DNA of 64,000 bases from a virus, in the IMG/VR virus record IMGVR_UViG_3300017973_000001, positions 1 to 64,000 of that record; one strand, 5' to 3'. Each line of letters starts with the position of its first letter. Position 1 is the stretch's first letter. Of the stretch, positions 1-9,780 are shown piece after piece. The notes under the pieces are model-generated. The model did no database searches and was not told the DNA's origin. It saw only the letters and a list, made by a program, of their open reading frames with translations. A program made the position numbers and the translations under genes.

Positions 1-357
1 GTGGGTGGCGTTCATAAATTTTATGATGAAAAAGGTTCAATATTTGAGGGATTTGTAGAGAGTATCCGTTCAACTACTGCTGAAGCTAATAGAAAATACA
101 AAGTAGAAATTTCACTTACCGTAATCAAGAAACAAAGAAACACATTCGTAGATAAATATATGTTCCAGGACATTAAAGAAACTGACTGGATGTATGGACC
201 AATAAGTAGGATGATTGAGCGAGGGATAGTTCATACCAATGGTACTAATGGAGACCCTTTCTTATACTTTGATCCAAATAATTTAATCGGTAGAGCAGAA
301 TTTATATCTTACGTAATGCGAACTAAAAGATTAATAGAGAAAATGGTTAGGGGGTAG
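1..357 (+). CDS. Virion protein C-terminal part with SLH-like motif (probably 5'-truncated by window edge)
   Basis: FQDIKETDWMYGPI...F.PNNLIGRAEF matches the SLH pattern F.D....W.../F.P...ItR.e. Confidence 0.6.
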   Translation: MGGVHKFYDEKGSIFEGFVESIRSTTAEANRKYKVEISLTVIKKQRNTFVDKYMFQDIKETDWMYGPISRMIERGIVHTNGTNGDPFLYFDPNNLIGRAEFISYVMRTKRLIEKMVRG

Positions 358-379
358 TCGGTCAGACTGCTCTTTTTTT
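352..379 (+). terminator. Rho-independent terminator-like hairpin
   Basis: GGGTAGTC-ggtca-GACTGCTC followed by a T-run. Confidence 0.55.
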
Positions 380-408
380 GTCTAACCTAAGTTCGAAGGG
401 GTGAGAAA

Positions 409-1881
409 ATGAAACGTTTTATAGACGTTAAACCTAGTGATTGGTTCTATGATGATGTGATTGAAGCAAGTAACACTATTTTAAGTGATGGGAAACCTTT
501 AATGACAGGTCTACCCTATACAAAGTTTACTACTGGGGCTCCATTTGTATATGAGGAGATTAAGAGCAAGAAAGGGCAAGCTTCTTTCACTATTAATAAA
601 TATCTAGTAGATAATTCTGTAAAAGGGTGTCCAATTTATGTGTTTGTAGATGGTACACAAACTACGTATAAAAAAATTTCATATGATACAAAGAAAACAA
701 AAACAACAATCGACTTATATATTGCACCAAAAGAAGGAGCTATTGTCGCTATAGCTTCACCAGGTATTCCTACCTTAGATATATGGGGAAGGCCAATTTA
801 TACACCGGAGGGGGATGACCTCAAAGGTAATTACCCAGTTGTTGTACCTAAATACTATAAAGACTATGTTTGGCAACCCCAAACAAATAATGAGTACTTA
901 ATTGGACCGGATGGAAAATATCTAAGGAAAGCTTCTGTACCGAATGACGAAGCTAATCTTAGTGGGCAACAATTAGCTGAAAAATACATTGGCTTTAAAG
1001 AAGATGTGTACTTAGTTCAACGTGGTTTAGTGTATTTACCATTTGACCTTTACCATAAAACAGTAACGTTCAAGTATTCACATGTAACTAATGATTTATA
1101 TAAATACGAAACAGAAACACTGAAAAGTGCTGAGAGTAATGAAGTACTGCATACTGACCGTTTCTTCCCTTATGCTCCTATAGAACGGTGGAGAATGTAT
1201 CAAATTTTAAATAGATTAAGGCATACATTCTACGAAACTTTTACTGACTCCGAACCAATAGGTAACATATACGACGAAGATTTTCAGATTGAATATACGG
1301 GCCAACGAACACTTGAATTAAGTGTACTGCCTTCAATTTACGTGAGTGGAGATACAAAGCCTATATTAACAATTATTAGGGATGATGGGACCGTAATTTC
1401 AAAACTAATTGAGGGAAAAGATTATAAATTCAACAATAATATAGTTTTCTTTTTAATTAGTTTAAAAGAAGGGACTTTAATTAATGTTTTTGCAGAAAAG
1501 AATGTTTCTACTGAATTTGTTGATGTTAATAAGCCAGTAAAGTACTTCCTAGTGGATGAAAATAAAGTTTTAAATATGGATGGTGGGAACGGTCTTTGGG
1601 CAGATGATGTTATCGAATATAGCAGTGAACGATTTGGCAATAATGAGTCACTGATCCCAGGATACAATATCTTCGAACTTGAAAGTAAAACAAAGCTACC
1701 TCATATTTATGGTCATCTTAGTAGTGGGACTGGAAAATTTTTAAATCGGTTTATACCAAAACTTACTTCCGGAAAACCTTACTATCAGTACTTTATGCCT
1801 CTAACATTCGTAGATAAAGCTAGTACAGTCAATTCGCTAGATAAGATGTTCCGGTGGTCAAAAGAAAGATTCCTAGATTAG
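409..1881 (+). CDS. Virion structural protein with interrupted SLH-like motifs
   Basis: N-terminal FIDVKPSDWFYDDV; later FFPYAPIERWRM and FVDV...WADDV...FMPLTFVDKA; tail-region context. Confidence 0.55.
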   Translation: MKRFIDVKPSDWFYDDVIEASNTILSDGKPLMTGLPYTKFTTGAPFVYEEIKSKKGQASFTINKYLVDNSVKGCPIYVFVDGTQTTYKKISYDTKKTKTTIDLYIAPKEGAIVAIASPGIPTLDIWGRPIYTPEGDDLKGNYPVVVPKYYKDYVWQPQTNNEYLIGPDGKYLRKASVPNDEANLSGQQLAEKYIGFKEDVYLVQRGLVYLPFDLYHKTVTFKYSHVTNDLYKYETETLKSAESNEVLHTDRFFPYAPIERWRMYQILNRLRHTFYETFTDSEPIGNIYDEDFQIEYTGQRTLELSVLPSIYVSGDTKPILTIIRDDGTVISKLIEGKDYKFNNNIVFFLISLKEGTLINVFAEKNVSTEFVDVNKPVKYFLVDENKVLNMDGGNGLWADDVIEYSSERFGNNESLIPGYNIFELESKTKLPHIYGHLSSGTGKFLNRFIPKLTSGKPYYQYFMPLTFVDKASTVNSLDKMFRWSKERFLD

Positions 1882-1892
1882 AGGTGTTTTGA

Positions 1893-4800
1893 ATGATTAA
1901 TCTTCCTAGAAATGTTGAGAAGTTAATTGGTGAACGTTTAAAAATTGGTAACAATAGACCGGTAGCTACGGTTGAAGTGGATAGATTCTCTTTTATACCT
2001 GGTGACGTAGAGACATTTGATGTTATGCGTATTGAAAAGGTAAAAATTGTTGAGACTGTCGTATCTAATGGTGGTTATTCTATTACTGGTGATGAAAAAA
2101 TTACGTTTCCTATACCTGGATATAATTTAAGTAGTATGACTTCGCCTTTTGGTGGTGCACGTAACCACGGTGGGATAGACCTTCAAGGTAAATTTGGAGG
2201 GGACGTTGTATCTGCATGGGGTGGTAAAGTTGTAAATGTTAACTATAACAATACATTGGATCAAGGTCGCTCTGTTAACATTATGCACTCCGGAAATATC
2301 ATGACTAAATACTTTCACCTAAATAGTATATCAGTGAATGTTGGGGATGATGTACAAGCCGGTCAAAAAGTAGGTGCTGAAGGAAACAGTGGTCATGTTT
2401 TCTCTAACGGTGTATTTACTGGTAATTCTCCTTCCGGAGCCGGCCATCATTTACACTTTGAGGTTTGGGAAGGTGCAACTGGAACAACTGGTGGCAATGG
2501 CCATAGAGTTGACCCAAAACCATACTTGCAAGGGGTAAAGAAACTCCCTGGCCCTTCAACAAATATAAACCCTACTTCTTCACCTAAAGCTAAAGCAGTA
2601 AGTCAAACGGATACTACTCATGAAGGTTTACCGGGAAAAATTTGGTTAAATGAAAAATTCACCAGTAAACAATGGTATAACCGTCCGGAATACTATCTAG
2701 AAGCAAGCTTTAAAGAGTTTACGTTCCCTGGAATTTCTAGTAAAGGTACTTATGCAAGATTAGAAATGTATACCTACACTGGAAATCCGGATAATACCTA
2801 TACTTTTAAAATTACAGTACCTACAAATATACACCCATCTAAGTTTGATTTAGGTTTCAGAACTAATATAAAAACTAGTGAAGGTGACTGGATAAAAGTT
2901 AAAGTAAACGGTTCTGAAGTTCGTTCTTTAGTGAAAGGTTTTGATACTACTGGGGATTACCATACTTTAAATAATATATATTTACCTCCTCAGTATGTTC
3001 AAATTCAAATTGATATACATTACGGGGGGAAATATGGACAAGGAACCACCTCTAGTAAGATTGTTCCTAAATTTATTGAGCTTAATAGTATGTTAATACA
3101 AGAAATAGTACCTACTGACGGAGAAGATAAAAGTATTTCAGACAATCCCATTGCTCCAAAACCATCTAAACCAACAGTTACTACTCAAGAATCCTGGCAG
3201 TTTATAGAACATAATGACAAGGTGAACTTAGAGACCGGGACATTCGTTTATATGGACACTATTAAGCTTGAAAATGTACAAAGTATAGATTTATCAAGCT
3301 CTTTAGAAAGTGAGTCTGCTGAAGCAAAGATAACAATTACTAACCCAAATGGTTATTATTCACCGGACTATAATCCATACCGTTTTCCGGAACTAACGAA
3401 ACGAATTAATTCACCTTTTTCATTCAAATTACCAGGTGGATATAATTATGGGGTTTTATCAGAGAACACTCCAATTCGTATATACATGGGGTACGGGAAT
3501 AATACTAAAGGAGTTCGAGTATTTACTGGTTTAATTGACACCGTAGATATGAGTGGTGGGGACGCTTCGCTTTCGATCTCAGCTAGAGATATGTACAAAA
3601 AAATATCTAATAAGGTTTTATTAAATCGTAAAGAATATCCACATATCGATAAAGCAAGCAACCCATTCTTGGCTGACAATCTAGAAACAGATACTAGTAA
3701 TCTAACAAGATATAACCAAATACTGCAAACTGCTTGGGATAAATCTAGAGCATGGGGCTTAAATGCTGATAACTGTTATTATTTCATGCTAGCCGTTACA
3801 AAACATGAGACTGAATTTGGTACTACTGGGCGTGGGCGTGAATCTAGTGGAAGTTTTATATGTGGTTATGGTGCATATGATAACTCTACTGACTGGACAT
3901 ATTCCGGAATCGATAAACAAATGTACTACACTGCTAAACGTATATATGACGCTATGCAATCTAGGGGTAGAAATCTTAATACTTTAGATGATGTAAAGTA
4001 CTTTTTTAACGGTGGGGACAAAGGGAAGGCATACACATGGGCTACTGATACTAATTGGCCGTATGCCACATATGAATGTTTCAAAGAAATTATAGCTAAT
4101 AAGAAAAAATACGCCCCACCATCAATGGCTAATTCAAACAAACCACCAAGCTCAGGTGTACCACCTGTATCAAATGGGAAAACACCTACTTACACTAATA
4201 TCAAATACCCAAATAAGGTCCTAAAAAGACCTATGAATACTGACTCTAATGTTAAGAAAGTTCAACAAAACCTTCTTGATTTAGGGTATAGGGTTGTGGG
4301 TAAAGCAGATGGTAGTTTTGGCCTTAATACAGAAAGTGGCGTAAAAGCATTTCAAAAAGCTAAAGGGCTTACTACAGACGGTAAAGTTGGGTTGAATACC
4401 TGGAACGCACTTTTTAATTCATATACATCATCTAATGGTACTGATGATAAGGCAAAAGCTAATGATAAAAAGTCAGCTCCGTGGTTAAAAACAGCCGTAG
4501 TACAAGATTTAATTGGTTATGCCGGTATGTATGGGTGGCGCTCTACGGCTGAAGATACAATGTATCCGGACTCCTATGTTGAAGAAAGTTACCTAATAGA
4601 GCTGAAGCCGAGAGAAGGTTCTGTGGTTAAAGCTTTATCTGAAGAAGATGTAACCAATCTACAACAGACGCTAGGTGATGATTTTAATATCGAGGATAGA
4701 TTTATGGACGTTCCTTTATCAGACTTATCAGTTCGTTCAGTCGAGGGGTGGATGAACCCTATGGTTGAGGAGTACGGTAAAACATTTACTGCATACGACT

Positions 4801-5915
4801 TTACGGTAGGTGACGCAATTCGTGATGTTATTAAAGACACTAACTATCGTTCATATGTAGACCGTTATGGAACCTATCGATTAGAGGAAATCGACTATTT
4901 TAAACCAATAGTAGGTTTCTATGCTCATGATAATAACCTTGTTCAGATTAATAAGACATTCGATTACTCAAGAGCTAGAAGTCATATAGTCATTTCAGAA
5001 GAAAAGTCCAGTACCTATGACGCTCATTTTATTGATAAAGAATTATTACTTGAGCTAAAAGGTGAAATACGTACTACTAGATTAGTAACTTCATGGGCTG
5101 ACACGGATCAAGCTAAAAAAGAAGTCGCTAGAAGATTGTTTTTTGATATGAAACGTATTTGTCGCTCACTTCAGATTGCAGTCCCAGGTGATCCGAGTTT
5201 GGATATTTTAGACCGTGTGACCATTAGTGATATGACCACTTCGACAAATGAGGTCTATACTATAAAAGGAATTAAGCATAGTTATTCAAAAGAATCCGGT
5301 TTTCTCACACACTTAGAATTAATGTGGTCACACTATGACAGTGTGGAGCAAATTCCTGGACCTGGTGGTAAGCTCTCTATCCCTAAACCACTTCCGGAAC
5401 CTAAGCCAACTCCGGCTCCTCCTACACCTGGTAAAATACAAACCTTCAACTCTCTTAAAACTTCATCTTGGAGAGACAAGGGTGGATGGCGTAATGATAA
5501 CCAGTATATTTATCAAGGTGAGTGGGATAACTCCGGAAACCATATTGGGTTAATTACGTTTGATTATAAAAAACTTAGAGAAAGCCTAAAAGGTAAATCT
5601 ATTAAAAAAGTTAGATTATACCTAGAACGTGTGAATAAAGGTGGTATATCGGGGCCTCAAAAACCTACATTCTACTTGCATAACCATACAGTTATACCAA
5701 GTGGTAAACCAACTATTCAGACAAGTTCAGCTTTCAATAGTCCAGTAGGATGGGCAAGAGGTGACGGAAAATGGGTGGACTTACCTACAAGTTTCATTGC
5801 TTCAATACGTGATGGTAAAGCTACTGGTATTGCTACGTATGCCGGCTCTGATGGAAAACCATATATGTATTTCTACGGAGGTACAAAAATTAAATTAGAA
5901 ATTTCAGTAGGGTAG
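1893..5915 (+). CDS. Tail/baseplate hub-type protein with M23 peptidase, lysozyme-like and PG_binding_1 domains
   Basis: M23 motifs HGGID and HLHFEV; VKKVQQNL...ADGSFGLNTESGVKAFQK...DGKVGLNTW is a PG-binding domain; hub-like segments (IRIYMGY, FTGLID, PGDPSLDILDRV). Confidence 0.8.
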   Translation: MINLPRNVEKLIGERLKIGNNRPVATVEVDRFSFIPGDVETFDVMRIEKVKIVETVVSNGGYSITGDEKITFPIPGYNLSSMTSPFGGARNHGGIDLQGKFGGDVVSAWGGKVVNVNYNNTLDQGRSVNIMHSGNIMTKYFHLNSISVNVGDDVQAGQKVGAEGNSGHVFSNGVFTGNSPSGAGHHLHFEVWEGATGTTGGNGHRVDPKPYLQGVKKLPGPSTNINPTSSPKAKAVSQTDTTHEGLPGKIWLNEKFTSKQWYNRPEYYLEASFKEFTFPGISSKGTYARLEMYTYTGNPDNTYTFKITVPTNIHPSKFDLGFRTNIKTSEGDWIKVKVNGSEVRSLVKGFDTTGDYHTLNNIYLPPQYVQIQIDIHYGGKYGQGTTSSKIVPKFIELNSMLIQEIVPTDGEDKSISDNPIAPKPSKPTVTTQESWQFIEHNDKVNLETGTFVYMDTIKLENVQSIDLSSSLESESAEAKITITNPNGYYSPDYNPYRFPELTKRINSPFSFKLPGGYNYGVLSENTPIRIYMGYGNNTKGVRVFTGLIDTVDMSGGDASLSISARDMYKKISNKVLLNRKEYPHIDKASNPFLADNLETDTSNLTRYNQILQTAWDKSRAWGLNADNCYYFMLAVTKHETEFGTTGRGRESSGSFICGYGAYDNSTDWTYSGIDKQMYYTAKRIYDAMQSRGRNLNTLDDVKYFFNGGDKGKAYTWATDTNWPYATYECFKEIIANKKKYAPPSMANSNKPPSSGVPPVSNGKTPTYTNIKYPNKVLKRPMNTDSNVKKVQQNLLDLGYRVVGKADGSFGLNTESGVKAFQKAKGLTTDGKVGLNTWNALFNSYTSSNGTDDKAKANDKKSAPWLKTAVVQDLIGYAGMYGWRSTAEDTMYPDSYVEESYLIELKPREGSVVKALSEEDVTNLQQTLGDDFNIEDRFMDVPLSDLSVRSVEGWMNPMVEEYGKTFTAYDFTVGDAIRDVIKDTNYRSYVDRYGTYRLEEIDYFKPIVGFYAHDNNLVQINKTFDYSRARSHIVISEEKSSTYDAHFIDKELLLELKGEIRTTRLVTSWADTDQAKKEVARRLFFDMKRICRSLQIAVPGDPSLDILDRVTISDMTTSTNEVYTIKGIKHSYSKESGFLTHLELMWSHYDSVEQIPGPGGKLSIPKPLPEPKPTPAPPTPGKIQTFNSLKTSSWRDKGGWRNDNQYIYQGEWDNSGNHIGLITFDYKKLRESLKGKSIKKVRLYLERVNKGGISGPQKPTFYLHNHTVIPSGKPTIQTSSAFNSPVGWARGDGKWVDLPTSFIASIRDGKATGIATYAGSDGKPYMYFYGGTKIKLEISVG

Positions 5916-5925
5916 GTGATTATAG

Positions 5926-6354
5926 ATGGCCGGGATTAACGATAATATAGTTTTTCCAGTTATTGATCTAATTAGGCGTGAAATAAGGGCTCAAAAAAGG
6001 GGCGTTAAACTAGCTTCAGACCCATTTGAAGGATACCCACATGTTCAGCTTAACCGAGATAACCCTACTGACCGTTACCAACTAACCGGAGTGGATTTAG
6101 CTTATCACTCCGGATATGTGGTTAATATAGATTTGGTCTTTGGTTCTGAAGATGAGTCAACATATCCGGACCCGGAATATTTTACTTACTTTGACTATGA
6201 TTACTACAGAACAAAACGTCTAACTGAAGTCATTTATCGAACTTTTAATGACAATGGTGTATTTGTAGGCCATTGGGTTGCATTTTTAGACTACGGTAAA
6301 GATGGCTTGTTAAACGGTATTGAGACATTGAAAGTAGAGGATGTTGAAGTATGA
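5926..6354 (+). CDS. Hypothetical virion protein
   Basis: ORF with RBS, in structural operon. Confidence 0.6.
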   Translation: MAGINDNIVFPVIDLIRREIRAQKRGVKLASDPFEGYPHVQLNRDNPTDRYQLTGVDLAYHSGYVVNIDLVFGSEDESTYPDPEYFTYFDYDYYRTKRLTEVIYRTFNDNGVFVGHWVAFLDYGKDGLLNGIETLKVEDVEV

Positions 6355-6761
6355 GTTTTAATGTTTCATATGTAGGTGGAGGTACGATTGACAAGATAAG
6401 AGAGTTGCCGTATCCACACTTTAGTAAAATGACAGTTCCTTTAGTTAAAGGGAGAATGATTGACGTTTCAGCTTCAAAAACAGTTTTTACAGACTCTTAC
6501 TCACTCCCATATGATACCGAATTTTTATCGGTTGCCTTTGCTAGTTCAGTGTACAATGCCGGGGACTATTGGGAATTAACTTTAGGTAATGTAAAAATTT
6601 GTGAGTCAATTTACACAAAAGAATTACCGGAAAGTGTGAGTATGGGAAATAGTTTTGGTATCGTATATCCACTGTCAGCGAATACAAAGATAAAGTTTGA
6701 TTTTTACAATGAGAGTGGGCAAGAAAAGAAAGTTTGGTATAACATCAAGTTCTTAAAATAA
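6351..6761 (+). CDS. Small beta-rich virion protein
   Basis: ATGA overlap with upstream gene, structural operon. Confidence 0.6.
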   Translation: MSFNVSYVGGGTIDKIRELPYPHFSKMTVPLVKGRMIDVSASKTVFTDSYSLPYDTEFLSVAFASSVYNAGDYWELTLGNVKICESIYTKELPESVSMGNSFGIVYPLSANTKIKFDFYNESGQEKKVWYNIKFLK

Positions 6762-6772
6762 GGAGGGTTCAT

Positions 6773-8599
6773 ATGCCGTCTCTAATAAACACTCAACCTA
6801 CTTTTGTGGAGGGTGAGTGCCAATCAAAAGATTTAATTTATAAATTAGCAGATGAAATTACTAAAGCTAAACTGCTAGATGAAAATGGTAATAAAATTCC
6901 AAATAATTGGACTAAAAAGTTTGATAAGAGTGGTTTACTTTACGCCAAGTACAAAGTAACAGATAGTGCTTCAACGAGTATGAAGATGACTATTAATGGA
7001 GTTAGCTACCAGGTGTACCAGTGTGATATAGCTAAGGTACCTACTGCTTATGTTTCAAGTGGCTACCTTAAAGAAGTAAAGGACAGTGCTAATAATTTAA
7101 CTGGCGCTAAAGTTCCAGTCGATAAAATTGATATACAGTTATTAAATAAAGATGGCTCACTTAAGATGAATGGTGGAAATCCTACAACTCAAAGTATCTC
7201 AATGAATGGTGCGTTTTTCATTTTTAAGAATAACGGTACCGTGTTAACACCGTATGTTGTTGAGAGAGGTTACTATTCTTCTGATGATACATTTGTTAGT
7301 GATAACAGTTATAACGGTTTTCGTCTTTTAGGTATATGTACAGATACATCATGGGGCCTTTTCTATAATAGAACTATTTATGTTAATTATACGTGGAATG
7401 GTAATGGCTATACTCCTACTTCTTTAAATTTCGCTGACTTTTTCTTAACATACAATAGTACATATAAAGTTATAACTGTTGATCCAATTTATTCTTTGAA
7501 TAATGTGGTGGGGATTGAAGCTACTCCAAACGTCCCTAATAGTATAACTCCTGTGACGTATTCTATTTTATTAGAGCAACCAATGAATGACTACAATCGA
7601 ATTAATATCACTTATGGAATGGGGCTTACTGCAACAGATACGGTTGGGGACCCTTCATTAAGTATTACCGGTATATTAGACCCGGCTACAGTAAAACCAG
7701 GTCAAGTACCCACAATTATTGACCCAGTAAAAGCTTATTTATATGCTATGAATCCAACTACATTTACAGCTTATAAATTAACGTGGGCTAAGGATTATGA
7801 TGGTGTAACTGATTTATCAAGTCCACCAATGTATTATTACCACGGTAGGGATAGTACAGTTTCATATCTTGTAAATAAAAAACGTAGACCGGATTATATC
7901 GTTCGATATTCAATGTCGATTAATAATAATCGTGTAGCCTTAGTAATTGAGGGCGACCCAGCCCCGTCAATTACAGACTATTACAGAAGTTTTGCTTACA
8001 TAGGTAAGATTGTTCCATTTAATAGTATGGATCACGTAGGTAACTTTGGTGTAACACTTGGGATGGGGGATTTAGACCCTGTTAAAACTGGATTTCAGTT
8101 TAGTGATATTTCTACTAGTAATCCTGTTTATACTAAGTGGGGAGAGTATACTTCAAACGGTATGTACACATTCAGCATGTTTAATACTGCCGGCAAAGTA
8201 TTCTTCCAGGCTTACTATCCATCATTCTTAACTCAGCTACCTAACTACCCGTCAGTTGGTACGATTCCTAAAGAGTTAAGTAGATTAGTAGTTGAGAATA
8301 ACGGTTTCCAAAAATCAGCATGGACAGGTAAATATCATGCCTCACCAGTGTATTTAGTACACAAAGCTGAAGGTTATAGAGGACACTTAGACGGAGTTGT
8401 AGCAATCTACGATCATAACCTAGTAAATGGGGACGAATTAATTGTAGAGACAGATGTTCCGAAAGACCCTAAAGACCTTTCACAAGGTTATTACCAAGAA
8501 GTTTATAAGTTTTATAGCATGTCAACACCGGTAAATTTCTTCAGCTATTCTCCGGCTCCTGGTGAGATGAGTATAGCAATCTTGAAAGAAATTAAGTAG
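6773..8599 (+). CDS. Virion fibre-like structural protein, paralog 1 (large internal insertion)
   Basis: C-terminal SAWTGKYHASPVY...EGYRGHLDGV shared with 8616, 20883, 21822 and 22747. Confidence 0.65.
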   Translation: MPSLINTQPTFVEGECQSKDLIYKLADEITKAKLLDENGNKIPNNWTKKFDKSGLLYAKYKVTDSASTSMKMTINGVSYQVYQCDIAKVPTAYVSSGYLKEVKDSANNLTGAKVPVDKIDIQLLNKDGSLKMNGGNPTTQSISMNGAFFIFKNNGTVLTPYVVERGYYSSDDTFVSDNSYNGFRLLGICTDTSWGLFYNRTIYVNYTWNGNGYTPTSLNFADFFLTYNSTYKVITVDPIYSLNNVVGIEATPNVPNSITPVTYSILLEQPMNDYNRINITYGMGLTATDTVGDPSLSITGILDPATVKPGQVPTIIDPVKAYLYAMNPTTFTAYKLTWAKDYDGVTDLSSPPMYYYHGRDSTVSYLVNKKRRPDYIVRYSMSINNNRVALVIEGDPAPSITDYYRSFAYIGKIVPFNSMDHVGNFGVTLGMGDLDPVKTGFQFSDISTSNPVYTKWGEYTSNGMYTFSMFNTAGKVFFQAYYPSFLTQLPNYPSVGTIPKELSRLVVENNGFQKSAWTGKYHASPVYLVHKAEGYRGHLDGVVAIYDHNLVNGDELIVETDVPKDPKDLSQGYYQEVYKFYSMSTPVNFFSYSPAPGEMSIAILKEIK

Positions 8600-8615
8600 A
8601 GGGGGAGTTTTTGAA

Positions 8616-9707
8616 ATGGCAGATTTTAAATATATTGAGAGTATCATTCCATCAAAACGTATTTTAAACCAAATTAAAAGTAATATTACTAGTTTCACGG
8701 AGTATCCTTTTGATACTGCTAGTGGTGAGACTCCAATTAAAAATAACTGGGTTGTACAAAGTGAAGTTACTGACGTAAGTGGTAATACTAAAGAGCTAGT
8801 ACTTAAAGGCGTAGCTACTATCGGTAAAGCAAATCCATTGTCTAGAACAATTTACGTTAGACTAAGACATGCCGGGCTGAACACTAACCCACCAGGTATT
8901 ACTTATAATCAGCACAGTACAATTATCGCTCAGATTGTGGATGATTATAGCGCTAGTACAAGCACTTTTGCTACAGAAGGTCATCCGGTTTTAATTCAGT
9001 TTGCTGACGAAAAAGCAACACCAACAGACCGTAACTTAGAAAAACCGGTTTACATCTATATGAATATGATGAATAACCGATTAGCTATGGTACTAGTAGG
9101 AGACCCTTCAGTTAACTTTACTGACTACCGTAAAACATTTATGTACTTCGGTTGTATTGAACCGTTTAAATATAATGAAGATGATGTAACTGGTAACGTA
9201 TTATTAACAGGTGGGGCAGTAATTGATGAGCCAAGTTTAACGTCAATTGCTTCAGGCTCTTACAACTTTGGTGTATATACTTCACCTGGTAATAATACAT
9301 TCCAAATGTACGCTACTAAATCCGGAATTAAGTTCCAAAAATTCTATCCATCATTTATTACGCAAGCTCCACCAGTTGGTAAAGCTTACATTGATTCAAA
9401 ATTAGGTGATACCGGACTTGCTCTTGAAGCTCAAGGCTTCCAGGCTTCAAAATGGACAAACAAATACCACCTAACACCTATTTATGTGGTACATGGTTAT
9501 GAGGGTTATCGAGGTAAATTACAAAATGTTATCGCTCTAACACGTCATAATATTCTTCATTTAGATGAGCTAATCATTGATGTAGAAGGCAAAACGTGGA
9601 AACAAGAAGTGTATAAATACTTCGATATTAACACTGAATGTAATTTCATGAAAATGTCAGCCAACCAACAAATGTCGGTGGCGATCCTAAAAGAAGTTCG
9701 TTACTAA
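8616..9707 (+). CDS. Virion fibre-like structural protein, paralog 2
   Basis: NNRLAMVLVGDPS, FYPSFITQ and SKWTNKYHLTPIY...EGYRGKL closely parallel the 6773 protein. Confidence 0.65.
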   Translation: MADFKYIESIIPSKRILNQIKSNITSFTEYPFDTASGETPIKNNWVVQSEVTDVSGNTKELVLKGVATIGKANPLSRTIYVRLRHAGLNTNPPGITYNQHSTIIAQIVDDYSASTSTFATEGHPVLIQFADEKATPTDRNLEKPVYIYMNMMNNRLAMVLVGDPSVNFTDYRKTFMYFGCIEPFKYNEDDVTGNVLLTGGAVIDEPSLTSIASGSYNFGVYTSPGNNTFQMYATKSGIKFQKFYPSFITQAPPVGKAYIDSKLGDTGLALEAQGFQASKWTNKYHLTPIYVVHGYEGYRGKLQNVIALTRHNILHLDELIIDVEGKTWKQEVYKYFDINTECNFMKMSANQQMSVAILKEVRY

Positions 9708-9720
9708 GACTGAGTGATTA

Positions 9721-9760
9721 GAGAATTTCTGAGTATATCTCTCAGAAGTTCTCTTTTTTT
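9721..9760 (+). terminator. Rho-independent terminator
   Basis: GAGAATTTCTGAG/CTCAGAAGTTCTC stem followed by T7. Confidence 0.75.
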
Positions 9761-9780
9761 GTCAAAGGTGGTGGAGAGGT

